Part shown: positions 42,812-56,210 of the stretch, one piece after another
How positions within the stretch are numbered: the first letter of the stretch is position 1
How the letters are laid out: each line of letters opens with the position of its first letter
Assembly (NCBI RefSeq): GCF_001949145.1
Contig: NW_019091366.1
Location: 2,899,627 to 2,963,626 of the forward strand
Source: Acanthaster planci
Taxonomy: Eukaryota
Direction of reading: 5' to 3'
Length of the DNA: 64,000 nt
Translations under genes and position numbers: made by a program
The notes under the pieces: model-generated
What the model saw: only the letters and a program-made list of their open reading frames with translations
Databases searched by the model: none
What the model was told of the DNA's origin: nothing

Positions 42812-44879
42812 GTAAGTATCACAATAAGTTGTTGGCATTCATCAATTTTGTTTATCTTTTACTTTTGGTTGCAATTTCATATCATTAATTTTTTTGTTGA
42901 AGTGGAGTTATAGAACTCCATGTATTCATCTCCATCCTATTCCAATACACATCAGAAACAAAGTTAACAAACATGTACAGTGTGAGCTGTACTTAAAAAA
43001 CGAGTGTCATTGAGAAGACAGAAAGATAATTATATTATTAAAATATATGCACACCAAGAATAATTTGTCCTTTAAACCAGGATCTATCGCAGTATATATT
43101 AATTAACAATTAAACTAGTATTCTTTTTTATTCTGAATCCAATCCATATAAATTAATTTATGTATGCAAGTAATTAGTAAATCTCATACAGCTGTTATAT
43201 TCAGTTAATCTAATGAAGCACAATCAGCCTGTAGCCTCTTTGTGGAATTTAGAACAATCTTCATATGCACGATATATTTCCTAAGGGATGGAACTCTCTT
43301 TTTGTTGGAGTCAAATGTTACAAAGTTGACTCCTTGAGTGCATAAGGGTAGTTTTAAGTTGTACATATATCTTGGACTTTGTCATACAGGATTTGGGACT
43401 TTTTTTTAAAATATGGATACTTTGAATTTTTTTTTGGTAAAGTTTTAAAAAGTCCAATTGTAACAGAGAGAATGTCATATTTTCATTTTTCTGTTTGATA
43501 CACTTTTGGAGAAGGGGATCATTGGCACTGAAAATACGAGGAAATGCTTTTGTCCTGTTCCCATGCCAGGTAGTTAATTTATACATGCACAAATACAACT
43601 GAAATTAATCATCATAGCACTTGTCTACCACATGGCTGATATAATTTTTGAAATTTATATCCATATCTGTATAAATACCGTTATTTCGTTGAGATATTTT
43701 TGAAGGTACATGTCACATATTCTGAAATTTTGCATAATTGCAAAATTGCAATTACATATGTAATTATTGGTTGCATCCATTCAAACTTTCTGAATTGAAT
43801 CTGTGTATTTCTTAGTCAAGTGGACCTCATAAATACATGTAACTCTAATTTGTTAAGTGTCAAGTTTGTTAGTGTCCAGAAATTATCCAGACTTATATAT
43901 ACATGCACATAATAGAGTGCATTACATTGGAATTCTTTCCATTGTGTATGATACAGCGGATGTGTTGATTCATGAAGGTAAACCTGGCCTGATAAATGGG
44001 GAAATGTCACTCAGTTGTGTTTCTCCCCATAATGTGAATAGTTGACTTTATTTTTGTCTCTGATTTTAGAAGCAGTGATGCCTTTTTATCGCCATTTAAA
44101 GGGGGGGCCACTGGAAAAAAATCTAACCATTGGTTATTTTTTGCTGTTATATGTCCTGCTTTAACAGTTTCTGTAACTTTTTAAGCTTTCTTAATCTTCT
44201 ACTTGACTTAAAATTTCATGAGGCGATGTTTAATATATGCATAAATAAAAAGGATGTGGTTAAAAATATTGACATGTTGATAAGAATTTCCTATAAATAC
44301 AATCTAATAGTATGCATGAGGCTGTGTTCAACTTTTCCAAGCCTTTGATCTTCATGCATTTAGGGAGACATTTTGAATATTTTAAAGGCTGTTGTGGTTG
44401 GGTTCAGTAATTTATCTATTGTTCTCAGATAAGATAGTATAAACTCGATCTAAAAACATCATGCTTATCAGACTCTGGCCATAACATCTGTTACAAACCT
44501 TGCCATTCCCACTGCATTGATATCTTGTTCATCCATTTGTCTGTTTTGTATTGTCTCAAGACTTGCATTTGTTCATTTAGTTAACCCCTGTGAGTCTTGT
44601 GACATTTTATTCTTTATTATTGCTTTATTTATTATCAGAAATCATTTGGATTTATTTCTGATCATATTTATGCTATCCCATTTTAGGCTGAAAAATTATT
44701 CCCATCATTCCAATTATCTTTCCACTGCAAAGTACATGTATTACCGGTAGTTTCCTACCCACCTCGCTAGATACTCCTAATTAATTTTTTTGATTGTAAC
44801 TTACTGTTAAGGTTGTCTTGATTTTCTAGCATACCTTCCAGTTTAGTGTTTTTGTTGTCTGTACTGTCTGTGTAAGGTT

Positions 44880-45240
44880 TTGCTTCAGACACTTACTACA
44901 ATTGTTCTCATTTTGTCTTTATTGACCGTCCTCTTTCCCTAGCTTTTTAGACTGTTTTCCCCTCATCTCTTAGGTCTCTTAATCAGACTTTTTCTTCTTA
45001 CCCTGTCATCTCAGCAGTTTGTTTGACAGTCTGTGTTACTTTCTTTCACATCTTTTATCTGCACATTTCTTGCGGTCATCATCAGTCTCAGTTTGATTCC
45101 TCTCTGTCTTCCTTCTTTGCGTTGTATTCTCACCCTCTCTCTCTTGCCTCAAATCATCCACGTAGTATCACTTTCCTGTCCCTGTTATTCTAACCCACTC
45201 ACTTTACAAGCACCGCTCGTAGATGTCCTCATCAAAACCT
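44880..45240 (+). repeat. Pyrimidine-rich (CT-rich) low-complexity tract of about 360 bp.
   Basis: The + strand is nearly purine-free over long runs (tctctt, ctttcc, ctctgtcttccttctttgc, ccctctctctcttgcc). The ORF-track entry 45033..45242 is a by-product of this bias. Confidence 0.5.
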
Positions 45241-47465
45241 AACAATTCCAAAATGATTAGCGGTAGAGGCAAAAGCGAAGAAAGAAAATACTACCACCTC
45301 CAGGCCTGCATGTGCTTGCAAATTGTGCAACCCTAGCAGCTGTTGTTTGTTTTGAGACTTTTTTGATATGCACGTTAACAAAGCATGAACACGTCTGTGC
45401 CAAGACAAGAATATCAAAAGGCTCATTTTACGGTAGAGAAGTATTGGAGCCCTGGATGGAAACGTGTCAAATGATCTGTTTACAATGCTGGTTCAGTTTA
45501 TTATGTGGTGCATTGTGAATACCTACCCAGGGAAATGATTGAAGAGGAAGGGCATGGTGTATAGGAGGGAATAGAGGTTTCTTAATTGATTTTGGATTGT
45601 GAAAGATTACCTGGAGATTGGATGTTTACCTCAGATGTTTGAGGTTGGTGGGTGGTAAAAGATAAATTGGAAAGTTACTCAAGATCATTGAGGATGGAAA
45701 TGATTCCTGAAGTGGTAATGGAGAGTGATTGTCATTGTCATGATGATGAAGACAGTGACGAAACTGAAAGTACTGGTAGCACTAATGATGACGGTGACAG
45801 TGGAGTCATTGGTGATGATGAGGATGGTGTGATGATTCTAACATGACAAAAAGGGGGGCAGTGATAACATTTGAGGATGGCAGTGGTGATGAAGATGTAA
45901 CGATACCTTTAGACATCTACACAATATGAGCCATCTGAAAGTCACTCGGCACATAAATCTATAAATCTGCATTATTCCCTTCCTGCAGATTTCTTGTATC
46001 CTTTGGTCAGAAGACACAGGAACCAACAGTTGCATGTACAGTGTAGAATGCACCTCCCTGATCCTTTAGCATCCCCTCATTGAGGTCAGTGCCTCCAGTC
46101 TGAGGCTTAATCAAAGATTCAGACCTGATTCCCTTTAAACTCAGCACATCTGAAATGTTGAACAGATAGATACAATCATCGAGTTGGCATCTGTTGCCAA
46201 GAGGAGTGACTTTTCCCTCTTAGCCCCTAGTGAAGTGACAACACACTTTAGCACTGCACGCTTCCTGATGAGTGGTTTTGATGGTGTACGTGACTTCCAC
46301 GACAAGTTCCAAGTAAATGCTTGTAGAAGGATTGTGGGTTTGTGATCAGGGTGAATCCTACTGACTGGTTACGTTGAACCATGGTAAGACATTCTGTCTG
46401 GTTGATCATGGTATGCGAACATCATCACAACTCTAAACCTTATTGTCACAAAAGGTCTTACCATATCATAACTTAGTTGATATTATTGATTAGTATTGGT
46501 GGGAAAGAACAGTTTGGAATAACAGTGTTCTATATTTAATGCTTCTCAGAAGAAATGGATATCATCTCATGGGGGCCCTGAAGCATTGTTTCTAAATATA
46601 GCTACATGCACTCATATAGCTAGAGTGTGCTGCACCAATACAGGCAATACTGCGTCAAGTGTAAATTGTGTGAATTTGTCTCAGTATCTCCCAAAACCGA
46701 ATGCACATTTTTTTGCCCTCTGCTTGAATTTCTCTTCCTTTTTTTTCTCTGGCATGTTTGAAAGATACACGGGGGTATTTTAATCAGCCAGGCTTGATGA
46801 TACCACATCGATTGCACTTAATGAAGCTGGTGTTGGATATTATCATTATGTTAAAAATTCCAGTACCTTGGTTATGCTCAATTTATCATGCAATGATAAC
46901 ATGTTGAAAGAGCAATTATTGGTATTTTATTTTCCAATGTTTAATGTGTACACATAGGCTACTTATTCAGGTCTTTCAGGTGTAAGTGCTTGACAAATGT
47001 TAATTTTAATAGATCCCTTTGGCACGCGTGATAAACCAGTGTTGAGCTAAGAACTGGTCAGAATTTCTTTCTACATGATTGTAAATTGTGGACCATTCTA
47101 ATCAGCAGGTATTTATTTTGGAAGAGGAGATGAAAAGCGGAGAAGGGTAAGGGGAGATCAAGTGTGGATGGAATGGGTCATTACTGCTGTGGAGTTTGTA
47201 CCCATGGTCATACATCTACATTTTCATGCATGCCTCATTGAGCACTGGTCTAGTCTTTTTAACTGGTAGCAATGCTTCTGTATTGTTCGGAAAAAGGTCG
47301 CAAAGATTCGTTGTCAAGAAAGACATACTGGGACCTGATTATTTAGCCTGTTTATGCACCCGTGTTCATGTTTGGTAATGCTCATTTTACTAAGCTGTGG
47401 ATTAATTTTGCATTTGTTTGATTTCACTGGAATATAAATTTCACTGTGCACTGAAATACATGTGT

Positions 47466-47722
47466 ATGTACATGTACACGTAGAAGGTTTACATGTACAC
47501 GTAGAAGGTTTACATGTACATGTAGAAGGTTTACATGTAGAAGGTTTACATGTACATGTAGAAGGTTTACATGTACACGTAGAAGGTTTACATGTACACG
47601 TAGAGGGTTTACATGTACATGTAGAGGGTTTACATGTACATGTAGAAGGTTTACATGTAGAAGGTTTACATGTACACGTAGAAGGTTTACATGTACATGT
47701 AGAAGGTTTACATGTACATGTT
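47466..47722. repeat. Minisatellite of about 13 copies of the 21-bp unit TACATGTACA(C/T)GTAGAAGGTT, with two truncated 15-bp copies.
   Basis: The tandem periodicity is visible directly. The ORF-track entry 47462..47767 (EGLHVHV repeats) is simply its translation. Confidence 0.95.
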
Positions 47723-50700
47723 TGTGTAAAACTAGTTCATCTTTTGATAGTGCAGTTTAGGCTGTAATTGAAAATACAGTGGAACACTGTTTATCAAGGT
47801 CCTTGGGACTTGACAAATTACCTTGTTATAAAAGTTACCTTACATTATCAGTCATGGAAAACAAAGAAAAACAAAGAATTGGGACATAAAATTGTCCTTA
47901 TTGTTAATACGACCTTGTATTAACAGTGCTCTTATCTGTGTTCGACTGTATAGTATTTTTTGCATTTAGTCGGCAAAACTGATTTCAGTCTTGCAGTTTT
48001 GTGGTTCAAAATTCTGTTTTCCTCCAAATCAACTGAGCTTCTTTTGGTTTGTCTAAACTGATTGAGTTTCTTATTGTAATATGCAAAGATCTGATTTGCA
48101 TTGTTGGTGCAAAAAAGAGTCAGTTGCAAGCGCATTTATGTTTACCTCCAAATTGTTGTCAGTTTTATTCAGAGTTCAGTGAAAAAATTCTGTAAAAAAT
48201 CAGATTAATCATGGCAAAAAACACCTGTGTTCAAATCTGTAAAGAAGTTTTCTAGGCTTGGGTATAAAGACACCCCCTTGAAAATCTATAAATGAATGTT
48301 TACCACCCATTCATCGCAACACGTTGAGCGTTTTCAGGATTTCTGCATGTGTGTGTGTTATTTATACATGTGGCCTTGCTTTCCTTTGTATGGGTAATCG
48401 ATATTATGTGTACGGTATATCCCAGCCAAGTGAATGCTCATGCCGTTCCATATAAATTTCATACTTTGCTGGTTTTCTACGGCTGTGAAAAATTGCTGCG
48501 TACCCGTGTGATAAATTTTAAATGGAGGTAGGATTGGTATTGGTTGTGTCTCCACGCTCAACCCTGGCGCCGGGTTTATTAATGATGCAAATTTAATGTG
48601 TGTTGAGACGGTATCTTGATACCAAAGAGGGAGTGTGTTGGGAGTTTGTACGGCTTCCGTTCGATTGTCAAGCATCACTAGCACGAGCATGGTGAAAGGC
48701 CTCAGGAGTAATTATCTGTAAATCTAAACAACTGCTGGGAAAAATATTTAAAGTAGTGTGTCAGGAGATAAATTTGTAGTGTTTTGAAAAAAAACAACAA
48801 AAACTGTTTCTTTTTCCAACCATAATTACCACGTTTAACATCTAAGTGTCTGTCCTCCCTTCATTCCAAACACAACAAAATCTAGCAGTGGGAATATGTT
48901 GTGAATTTTTTCCCTTTACGGAACTGTTTTAACTCTCCATCCTGTTTTCTGAATATAGTGTTGAAGATGCTACAGGTTATTGTCACATTCATCCATTCAG
49001 ACTAGATACAGTAATCCTTTGTTTAACATCTCTTTTCCTTCAGCAAATAAGCCTCTTGGAGTCATAATAGTGGCTTGGCAGTAGCTGTTTACATTGTAAA
49101 TGCAGTTTGATGGACTAATGGCAATTTCATTGTAGCAGGCATAATAGCTTGAGTCATCAGGTCTAATATTTTATGTCAATTATTCTGTGGTGATAGAGTT
49201 TTTACTGATGTGCTCAAATGAAAAGAAGGAGAGCTATAGAATGGAGTTAATGTGTATGCTTGCATCTCTGCAGACAAAGCACTCTCCTCCCTTTGTCTTG
49301 TTCCAGTTCATCTTTCATTAATAATTCATCTTTTTTTCAACAGTCTTTTTTTTTTTAGATTCCTGCAGAATTGACATCAGGTTTTATATTTGTCTGGCTC
49401 TGTTTTAGTCTAACTGTTTCGTTAATATTTCCCCACAATTCTTCAGGCAATGTCATGTTTTCTTATTTTTTAACGTATTGCTTCATATTTTTTCATTTAC
49501 ATTTCTGTTGTTAAGTTGTTGCTATCCCTAGTGTGTCTTTTCAGGATAAATTATAGGAGTTCATGTCTGTATACTGTGTTACAGGCAACAGACAAGTATA
49601 TGTGTGTTCAATGTTCCGAAGCTGTCCATCTTTATGGAATGTTGAGTATCTTATTCTGTCATTATATGCTTGATTGCACCTATTCATGCACTTAACTGAC
49701 CTGCAATTCACATGCCACATCCACAAGTCAGTGCACCAAACTCAAGGTTGGACATCCTAACTGCGTATTCCCTGGTGAATTTATACACCATGTGTAATGT
49801 GTAGATATCACAAGGTATCAAGCAGCAAATCTAGCTAATAGAGTAATCAGACTGTGGCCTGTACAAGTCCAAAATCTAAACTTTATTCACAACGATGACA
49901 CTCCAAATAGACAACGGAATGCAGTCATGTGATCTATACGTGATATGTTCATCATTTCGTTGTTCATGTATATAATAATGTTTCACCTTTTTCATCCCTC
50001 AGTCGATATGTCACTGCCTTTTTAAAACAAATAACATCCAAAATCACCGGACAAGCCAATGGAACAAACCTTGAAAATTCGTTTTTACAGTTAAATGTCT
50101 GTAAAAAAATATCTTTTCATACATTTTTCTATCTTAACAGTTTTCATTTCATTATCTTGAAACTATTAAATGTGCTTCAGTGTTTTTGAAAAATCATAAA
50201 AGTTTCTTTATGGCTACAATTTCTTATTTACTGTATTATTTATGTTTTTACAGTTAAACATTCTTATTATTTGATTTACTGTTCCAAATGGTTTCTTTTT
50301 GACAACTGATTAAACCCTTAAAGCGATATATGTTTGTCATGTTTTCCCCAAATTTTCAGAGCCATGCTTCTCAGCGTGCAGGGACAGTCGGAACCATAGT
50401 TCCTAGATCATCCTTACTTTGTATGACTTTTCTTTGTACCATACTTTTAAAATTGTATTTGATATTCCCTTTCATTTTCAAAAATAATATTCCTTTGAAA
50501 TACTTCATGATGCTTTTACGTGTCTTTTTTTATCTTTCCTTGCTTCTTTGATTCTTACATTTCTTTGATTTGATTCTTCAAGCACAAGTCTTAATTATTT
50601 CTAATAATAAATTAGACCACCCTTTGTATTTAATTCTGAAATTTCATGTGATTTTCACATTAATGCTTTGCCATATTTTTACTTTTAGAAAAATGTTTAC

Positions 50701-53585
50701 AGCCCCTTTCTACACTTGGAATAATTTCCATACTTTGTGCCATCGAATCATTCAAGGTGGCCTTCAAGTAGCTAACACACTAATGATTGCTAGTGATTAT
50801 TAATCAAAACGGGAGAGACAAGTCACTGGTTATCTTCACACATTTGTAAATTAGAAGGAAATCCTAGTAATATTTACAGAGTGGATAATTATAATATTCC
50901 AGCCATTGTCTTTACCTTGAGATTTGTAATTATGGCATTGTAGATTTCTCCTGTTATCCTACAATACTTGGCCGTAAAAAAGTTCAAATGATAAAAAAAT
51001 TCTTTCATTAATTAGAAATTTATATATAGAAACATTACTTTGAAGATTTAGTCCAACCTTACATGGCAACCTGAGATTGCATCCCAGATTACTCAGCTTG
51101 AGTTACTGAGCGCCAAGGAGTGATAGTTCATGGATATTCAGACTTGCTTCTGGGATGTGGAGATGGAGGCTGGTCTGTCTCAAGTGTCTGTTACGTTTCC
51201 TTTTGGAATCCTGCTGAACTGACAATGACACACTTAAAAAAGGACACTTACCAAGGCCATTAATAACTGCCCATTATTTCATGGATAATGTAAGAGGTTG
51301 CTCTGTCCGCTGCGATACTACCTGGGGAAGAGGAGGAATCTGGAATTTGGAAAGGAATGATAAACCTGTGCTCCAATGAAAATCACAGGGTTGTAATGAA
51401 TGAAAATCACAAGGTTGTGACAATGCCATGTCCTGGAATTTGAAAAGGATTCAGTCTTAAAATTTCAAAGTTATATTATTAGTAAAATGCTGTTACATAA
51501 AAGAAGTCTTTGGAGGTGGGTGAAGCTCTGGTATTAGGGGGAAGGAATTTTAAGGCCAGAGATACCAAGATCTATGCATTTTATGCAATATGGATAGCAT
51601 TACGTGCTATTGAATACATGGTGTTCAATAAATCATGTGTTGTTTCCTGGCATAAAGAATGATCATGCACGTTGCAGTCCCTCTTAAATTGACCACTTTT
51701 GATTCAGGTTTCTCTCGTTATCTTGTATAAGATGCATAGATAACCATCAGAATCAGACTGGCGAATGGAGCATACAGGGCACTAGGTGAAACTGGATATC
51801 TCTGAAGTGTACCATCTTTATGATTCCAACCCCTGGCTATGCTGATGGAAACCAGGGAATTATTATCACAATGTCATCTGATGGGATTAGATTTGTCATT
51901 AGGTCAGTGTGTCCCTGAGGGAGTCCAAGCTGACTAGGGAAAATTCCAAGTGATCTTAAGGCTGGTATCTTGGGGCAGGATGAGGCGATAGAAGGGAAGG
52001 GTAAAGGAGTTGGTTCTCCTACCTTACCTGCAGGGTAAATTGGAGCCTGATTTTCAAGTGCCCCAGCCTCGTCTGCATTTAACACCAATTTCCTTATCCT
52101 TTGATGAGCCTGACTGATTAGGTCTATGGATGAGATGGTGTGATGCCATGAAATCAAAGGAGGAAAAAGCCAAACCAACCTTCAGGGCCTATGTACATGT
52201 ACATACAAAGATATATTGCTTCAGTAGAAATGAGAGTTGCAGACCTCAGGATTTGTAAGCACAGAATATCATGTCTTAATTACCTTTTCTGATAAAATTT
52301 GTAGGTTACTTTTGTGTTTTTAAAGCATTTTCAAGGGGCAAAACCTGCGTCTAGTCATAGACGCATGTAGAGTTATTAGCCTAGATCTTGATCAGTTATT
52401 GTTGGGAGGGGAAGACTTCAACTAAAAGTCCCAGGGTTTTTGTCTGAGAATTGAGTATCTTTGCAGCAAACATGATTAGCCAAGATAATAATTTAGTTTG
52501 TACTGTAGACTTCTGCAGCCAAACTTCTTTTTATAGGTACACTGTACGTACATAAATACAGTGTGGAATACTGTAAGTCTAAACATGCAGTGTTTGCATC
52601 ATTTAAAGCCATTCATAAAGCAGTACTCTGTAGTTATTGCCCTAACAAGGTTTGTTTTAGTGTTTCCAATTCAAAATCTTTTACTGAAGCTTACAACCAG
52701 CCAACAGACAAACAAGCAGTCAGCAATTTTCAGTTTTCAAGAATGATCATCATACACAATCTCTATAATAAAATGCAATAGCATGGCATCAGTATTCTTG
52801 GCCTCTTCTGAAAAAGAAATGTAAAGAATCCAGATCTTTCTGCAGTAAAAGACGTTGACATTCATTGGAATTAAGTGTATCAGTTCGAAATCTTGTTTGC
52901 AAAGTAGAAACGGTGTGGACACTTTCCTTGCTGCTTCATACTCCAAGTAGGTTTTATCAAGGTACTTGTCAAGATGATGGATGTGGTCCGTATTTACACA
53001 GAATGATAAACCGGCTGGTTTGGCAGGCTGAGAAAATGTCAGTAGAATGCATACAGTGCTTCCTATAGGGACACATCTCTAATAAGAGTGAACGATTTCC
53101 CATACGGCATATCACTGGGAATAATTTCCTCCTATGCTGTGGATCAAGTGAGCTGCTATTAGTTGAATTGGTGGAGATATCAAACGGAAGAATGTATTGA
53201 TGTTTGCAAGATGGGATTTAAAATGATACTGGTAATTCAAATGAACTGAATAAAAAACACTCCAAGGTATACATAGGTGTTTGCTACCCAGGAATAGCAA
53301 AAATCAAAGTAGATGAAAAGTTGAAAATTACAAACAACTTCAGTAATTAAAATCAAGTACATTTCCTCCATTGCTCTCTTCTTTCAAGTTTCACTATTTT
53401 CCTGCTTTTGATTTAGATTTCAATTTAGATTTTGTTAATTCATTTTTTTCCTGTTATGCTTTTGTTCCTTGGGGTTCATTTTGAAAATTCTAATGTGGTA
53501 ATTATTTTCACATAATTCATGAAGGGATGCAAAGTTGTTTAGATTTTAGAGGGGATTTAAGATGAAATGTGAGTTAAACAATGAG

Positions 53586-54115
53586 GGGTGGGGCCTGGGT
53601 GGTGCCGATTAGGGTTTGATAGCTCTACATGTTGGTGGGACCTGAGCTCATTGGTGTTGAGTGTAAGTATGGTAGAATGAGCCCTTAGTAGATTAGGGTG
53701 GGGCCTGGGTGGTGTCGATAAGGGTTTGATAGTTCTACACGTTGGTGGGACCTGAGTTAATTGGTGTTGAGCTCAAGTGTTGTAGAATGAGCCCAAAGTG
53801 GTTTAGGGTGGGGCTGGAGTGGTTTAGGGTGGATCCAGAATGATTTAGGGCAGAGCTGAAGTGGAAAGAGTGGAGCTGGAATGGATTGGCATTGGGGCCA
53901 AAGGGCACAAAGGTGGGGCCTAGGGACATAAGGGGGCCCTGAAGGCTTAAATTCAAGTGCATTATGGGGAGGTCTTGGATCTGAGAAGAGTAGGGTGAGG
54001 CATTCGTGGAGTAGGCTGGGTTCTTGGTGTGATGGGATGGAGTTTAAGTGCAGAAGGGTGGGGCTTACTGTGCAGTGGTCAAGCTTGAGTGAGGTTAGGT
54101 CTGAGTGGGGAGAAG
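53586..54115. repeat. G-rich tandem repeat. It has two copies of a 110-bp unit (GGGTGGGGCCTGGGTGGTG...GAATGAGCCC...) followed by a degenerate array of about 20-25 bp built on GGGTGGGGC and GTGG.
   Basis: The two units span 53,586-53,695 and 53,696-53,805 and are about 90% identical. Shorter degenerate repeats (gtttagggtggggctggagtgg and similar) follow to about 54,115. The run is GT-rich on the + strand. Confidence 0.8.
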
Positions 54116-54703
54116 ATTTTTATTTTTATTTGTTTCTTCAACTGCATTATTGTGCACAACTTCACAAATTTTCAAATGTTCTCATATTCAGTTTTACTAG
54201 AATTCAATCTCTGATTTGCACAACTTAAATAAATATAGTCTGGTTTTAGTTCTTTTTAAATTTAAGACCTTTGTGGAATTCCCACACTACACTTTTACAG
54301 CCCAAACAATCCTCAATCCATCACCTGTTGGAGAATTTAGGATTGTTGGTGATTTTAGGAATTACATCTGAAACAAAACATGTCAACCGTGTGACTTCAA
54401 TTTTGCATCACCCTTTTCTTCGGAAGAGATTTATCTGTTTCAGCAAAAATGTGCTCATGTGCTCCAAGAGAAGATCATTAATTTTTGCTCTTATGTGTGC
54501 GACATGTGTCCCCTGATTGATTGCTGTAGGATACAATAGGATTATTATTTTGTTACAAATTACTTAGTTTTACAGGAAAGACAGATTTCCTTTAGCCGTG
54601 TTCCACTGTTTTTTTCAGAAATGGGAGGAATATTTTTATATCGAATTTTCTTGTTTCCATCACTCTGATGATTAGTTTTTGCTTGTTATTAATTTCTTTA
54701 CAG

Positions 54704-54782
54704 AGACACACGCGTTGTGAGAGATCCCACAAAAGAAAACCGATCAAAGGGATATGGGTTTGTCTCCTTTGAAAAGGAAGAA
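54704..54782 (+). CDS. TIA1: TIA1/TIAR-like exon (human exon 7 equivalent). It encodes (S)[26 protein letters not shown], which is RRM2 with the RNP1 motif KGYGFVSF.
   Basis: The acceptor tttctttacag| ends at 54,703. A GTAAGT donor sits at 54,783. The product aligns to human [26 protein letters not shown]. The exon ends in phase 0. Confidence 0.9.
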
Positions 54783-55751
54783 GTAAGTTTATAATGATTG
54801 GGATTATATGTGAAAATGAGAAGAACTGATACATTGCCTTTGCTTATTCAACGGAACTCAGATTAGTTCCATTGTGCATGTATGGTTATTTCTGATCAGC
54901 TCAGTTAGAATCTTTCCTTTAGCGTCTTTTGTCAACTTGTATGTGATTTTTGAATATTGATTCCTCCTCTTTGTTGTGCAATTTCCTAACATGGTCTGTT
55001 TTAGTATTCCATATGACTGATTGTTTCATTGATTTATACATGTACATAGGTGAATCTGAGTTAAGATTTAGAATTTCACTCCTGCATACATATATTTCAT
55101 TCCATTTTACATTGAAACGTGTTGCTACTTAATACATGTACTTTATTTAAAGCCTACTTATTTGTAACAGTGTTTTCCATTGATCTTGCATGCATTATGA
55201 GATGGCAATTTTGTTCTTTTTTCTAGAAAACTTTGCAGCAGGTGCTTCCTTTTTTCACTCATACTCTTATAATCCAGAGTCTTGAGCTATGTATCAATAA
55301 GTATTTTCAGAGATTTGACAGTACTATACTCCACCTGTTTCTGTATTCCTTACCTAACAGGCGACTTGTATCAATATTTTATGAGCAGTTAATATTAAAG
55401 CCTTCCTCTGCTAGATGTCTTTTTCCCCTCCTGTTTTAATTGACTGGGTATGAAGACATGACAAGCAGGTCCTAGTTAATATTCAGGTGTAACTTACCAG
55501 ACCATGAATTAAAAATGCATGTTAGGAATATTAGCACATCCGTATGGACTTGACGAAAAAGACCGACATTCAGAAGGGCCAATATTTGAATGCTGTAGGT
55601 GTTGCGGTTCGTGACACATACAGTAGATTTGGTGGAATAGAAATGCTTTCTAGTTTGAAATTTTGTTGACAATTTTAACTTCTTGTGCAAACCTTGATGT
55701 TAATTTGTGAATTAATCAGATGTTGGATACCTTTGCCTTTTCTTTCACCAG

Positions 55752-55854
55752 GAAGCCAAAAATGCCATCAAAGCAATGAATGGTAAATTTCTTGGTGGCA
55801 AAATCATCCGTACAAACTGGGCAGTACGTAAACCTTCAGAGCAGAAAATAGAGA
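55752..55854 (+). CDS. TIA1: TIA1/TIAR-like exon (human exon 8 equivalent). It encodes EAKNAIKAMNGKFLGGKIIRTNWAVRKPSEQKIE.
   Basis: The acceptor tctttcaccag| ends at 55,751. A GTAAGT donor sits at 55,855. The product aligns to human [35 protein letters not shown]. Confidence 0.9.
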
Positions 55855-56210
55855 GTAAGTTTCATAGTTTGTTTAAATTTTTAGACAAATGATTCTGTTG
55901 TTATTGTGCTGATAGCAAAGTTTGGAAGAGTTAAACATTAGATTCAGCCTTGTGCAAGTGAATAGATTAAAAATACTGTGACATAATTCAAGTATAGGAT
56001 GATTGCTGAAATAATACCAAGCTTCTTTTTATGTAAAAAAGAAAAATTTTGAGATTGGAGATTATTTCACTTCCAAATATTCCATCCAATATGTACATGT
56101 ATGTTACATTGGCCAGATAAATGCATGCATTCAGACTTACAGTTAAAATGATTTGAATAAGGAGTTAGTTAGGCAGTTGAAAATTAATCAGTCAGTTTCT
56201 GTTTTCACAG

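Noticed and set aside
47466-47722. Possible CRISPR-like array, with regular direct repeats
   Set aside because: The repeats abut one another with no unique spacers. The context is a eukaryotic intron, so this is a minisatellite.
47462-47767. ORF-track 101-aa protein MYVHVHVEGLHVHVEGL...
   Set aside because: It is the in-frame translation of the 21-bp minisatellite and has no coding features.
48358-48690. 110-aa minus-strand ORF
   Set aside because: It shows no domain similarity I can recognise and has no flanking splice signals. It is intronic, in an AT-rich context.
48530-48700. CpG-containing stretch checked for a tRNA or other Pol III gene
   Set aside because: No A-box or B-box and no cloverleaf-compatible stems are visible. 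It is probably just a local composition fluctuation.
51837-52178. Longest ORF in the track (113 aa, minus strand), P/S/L-rich
   Set aside because: It is low-complexity with no recognisable domain. It lies inside a TIA1 intron with no splice-site support, so it is likely spurious.
53735-53962. Minus-strand 75-aa ORF with repeated LNHS/STLNH motifs
   Set aside because: It is a translation of the G-rich tandem repeat array. Its periodicity mirrors the DNA repeat.
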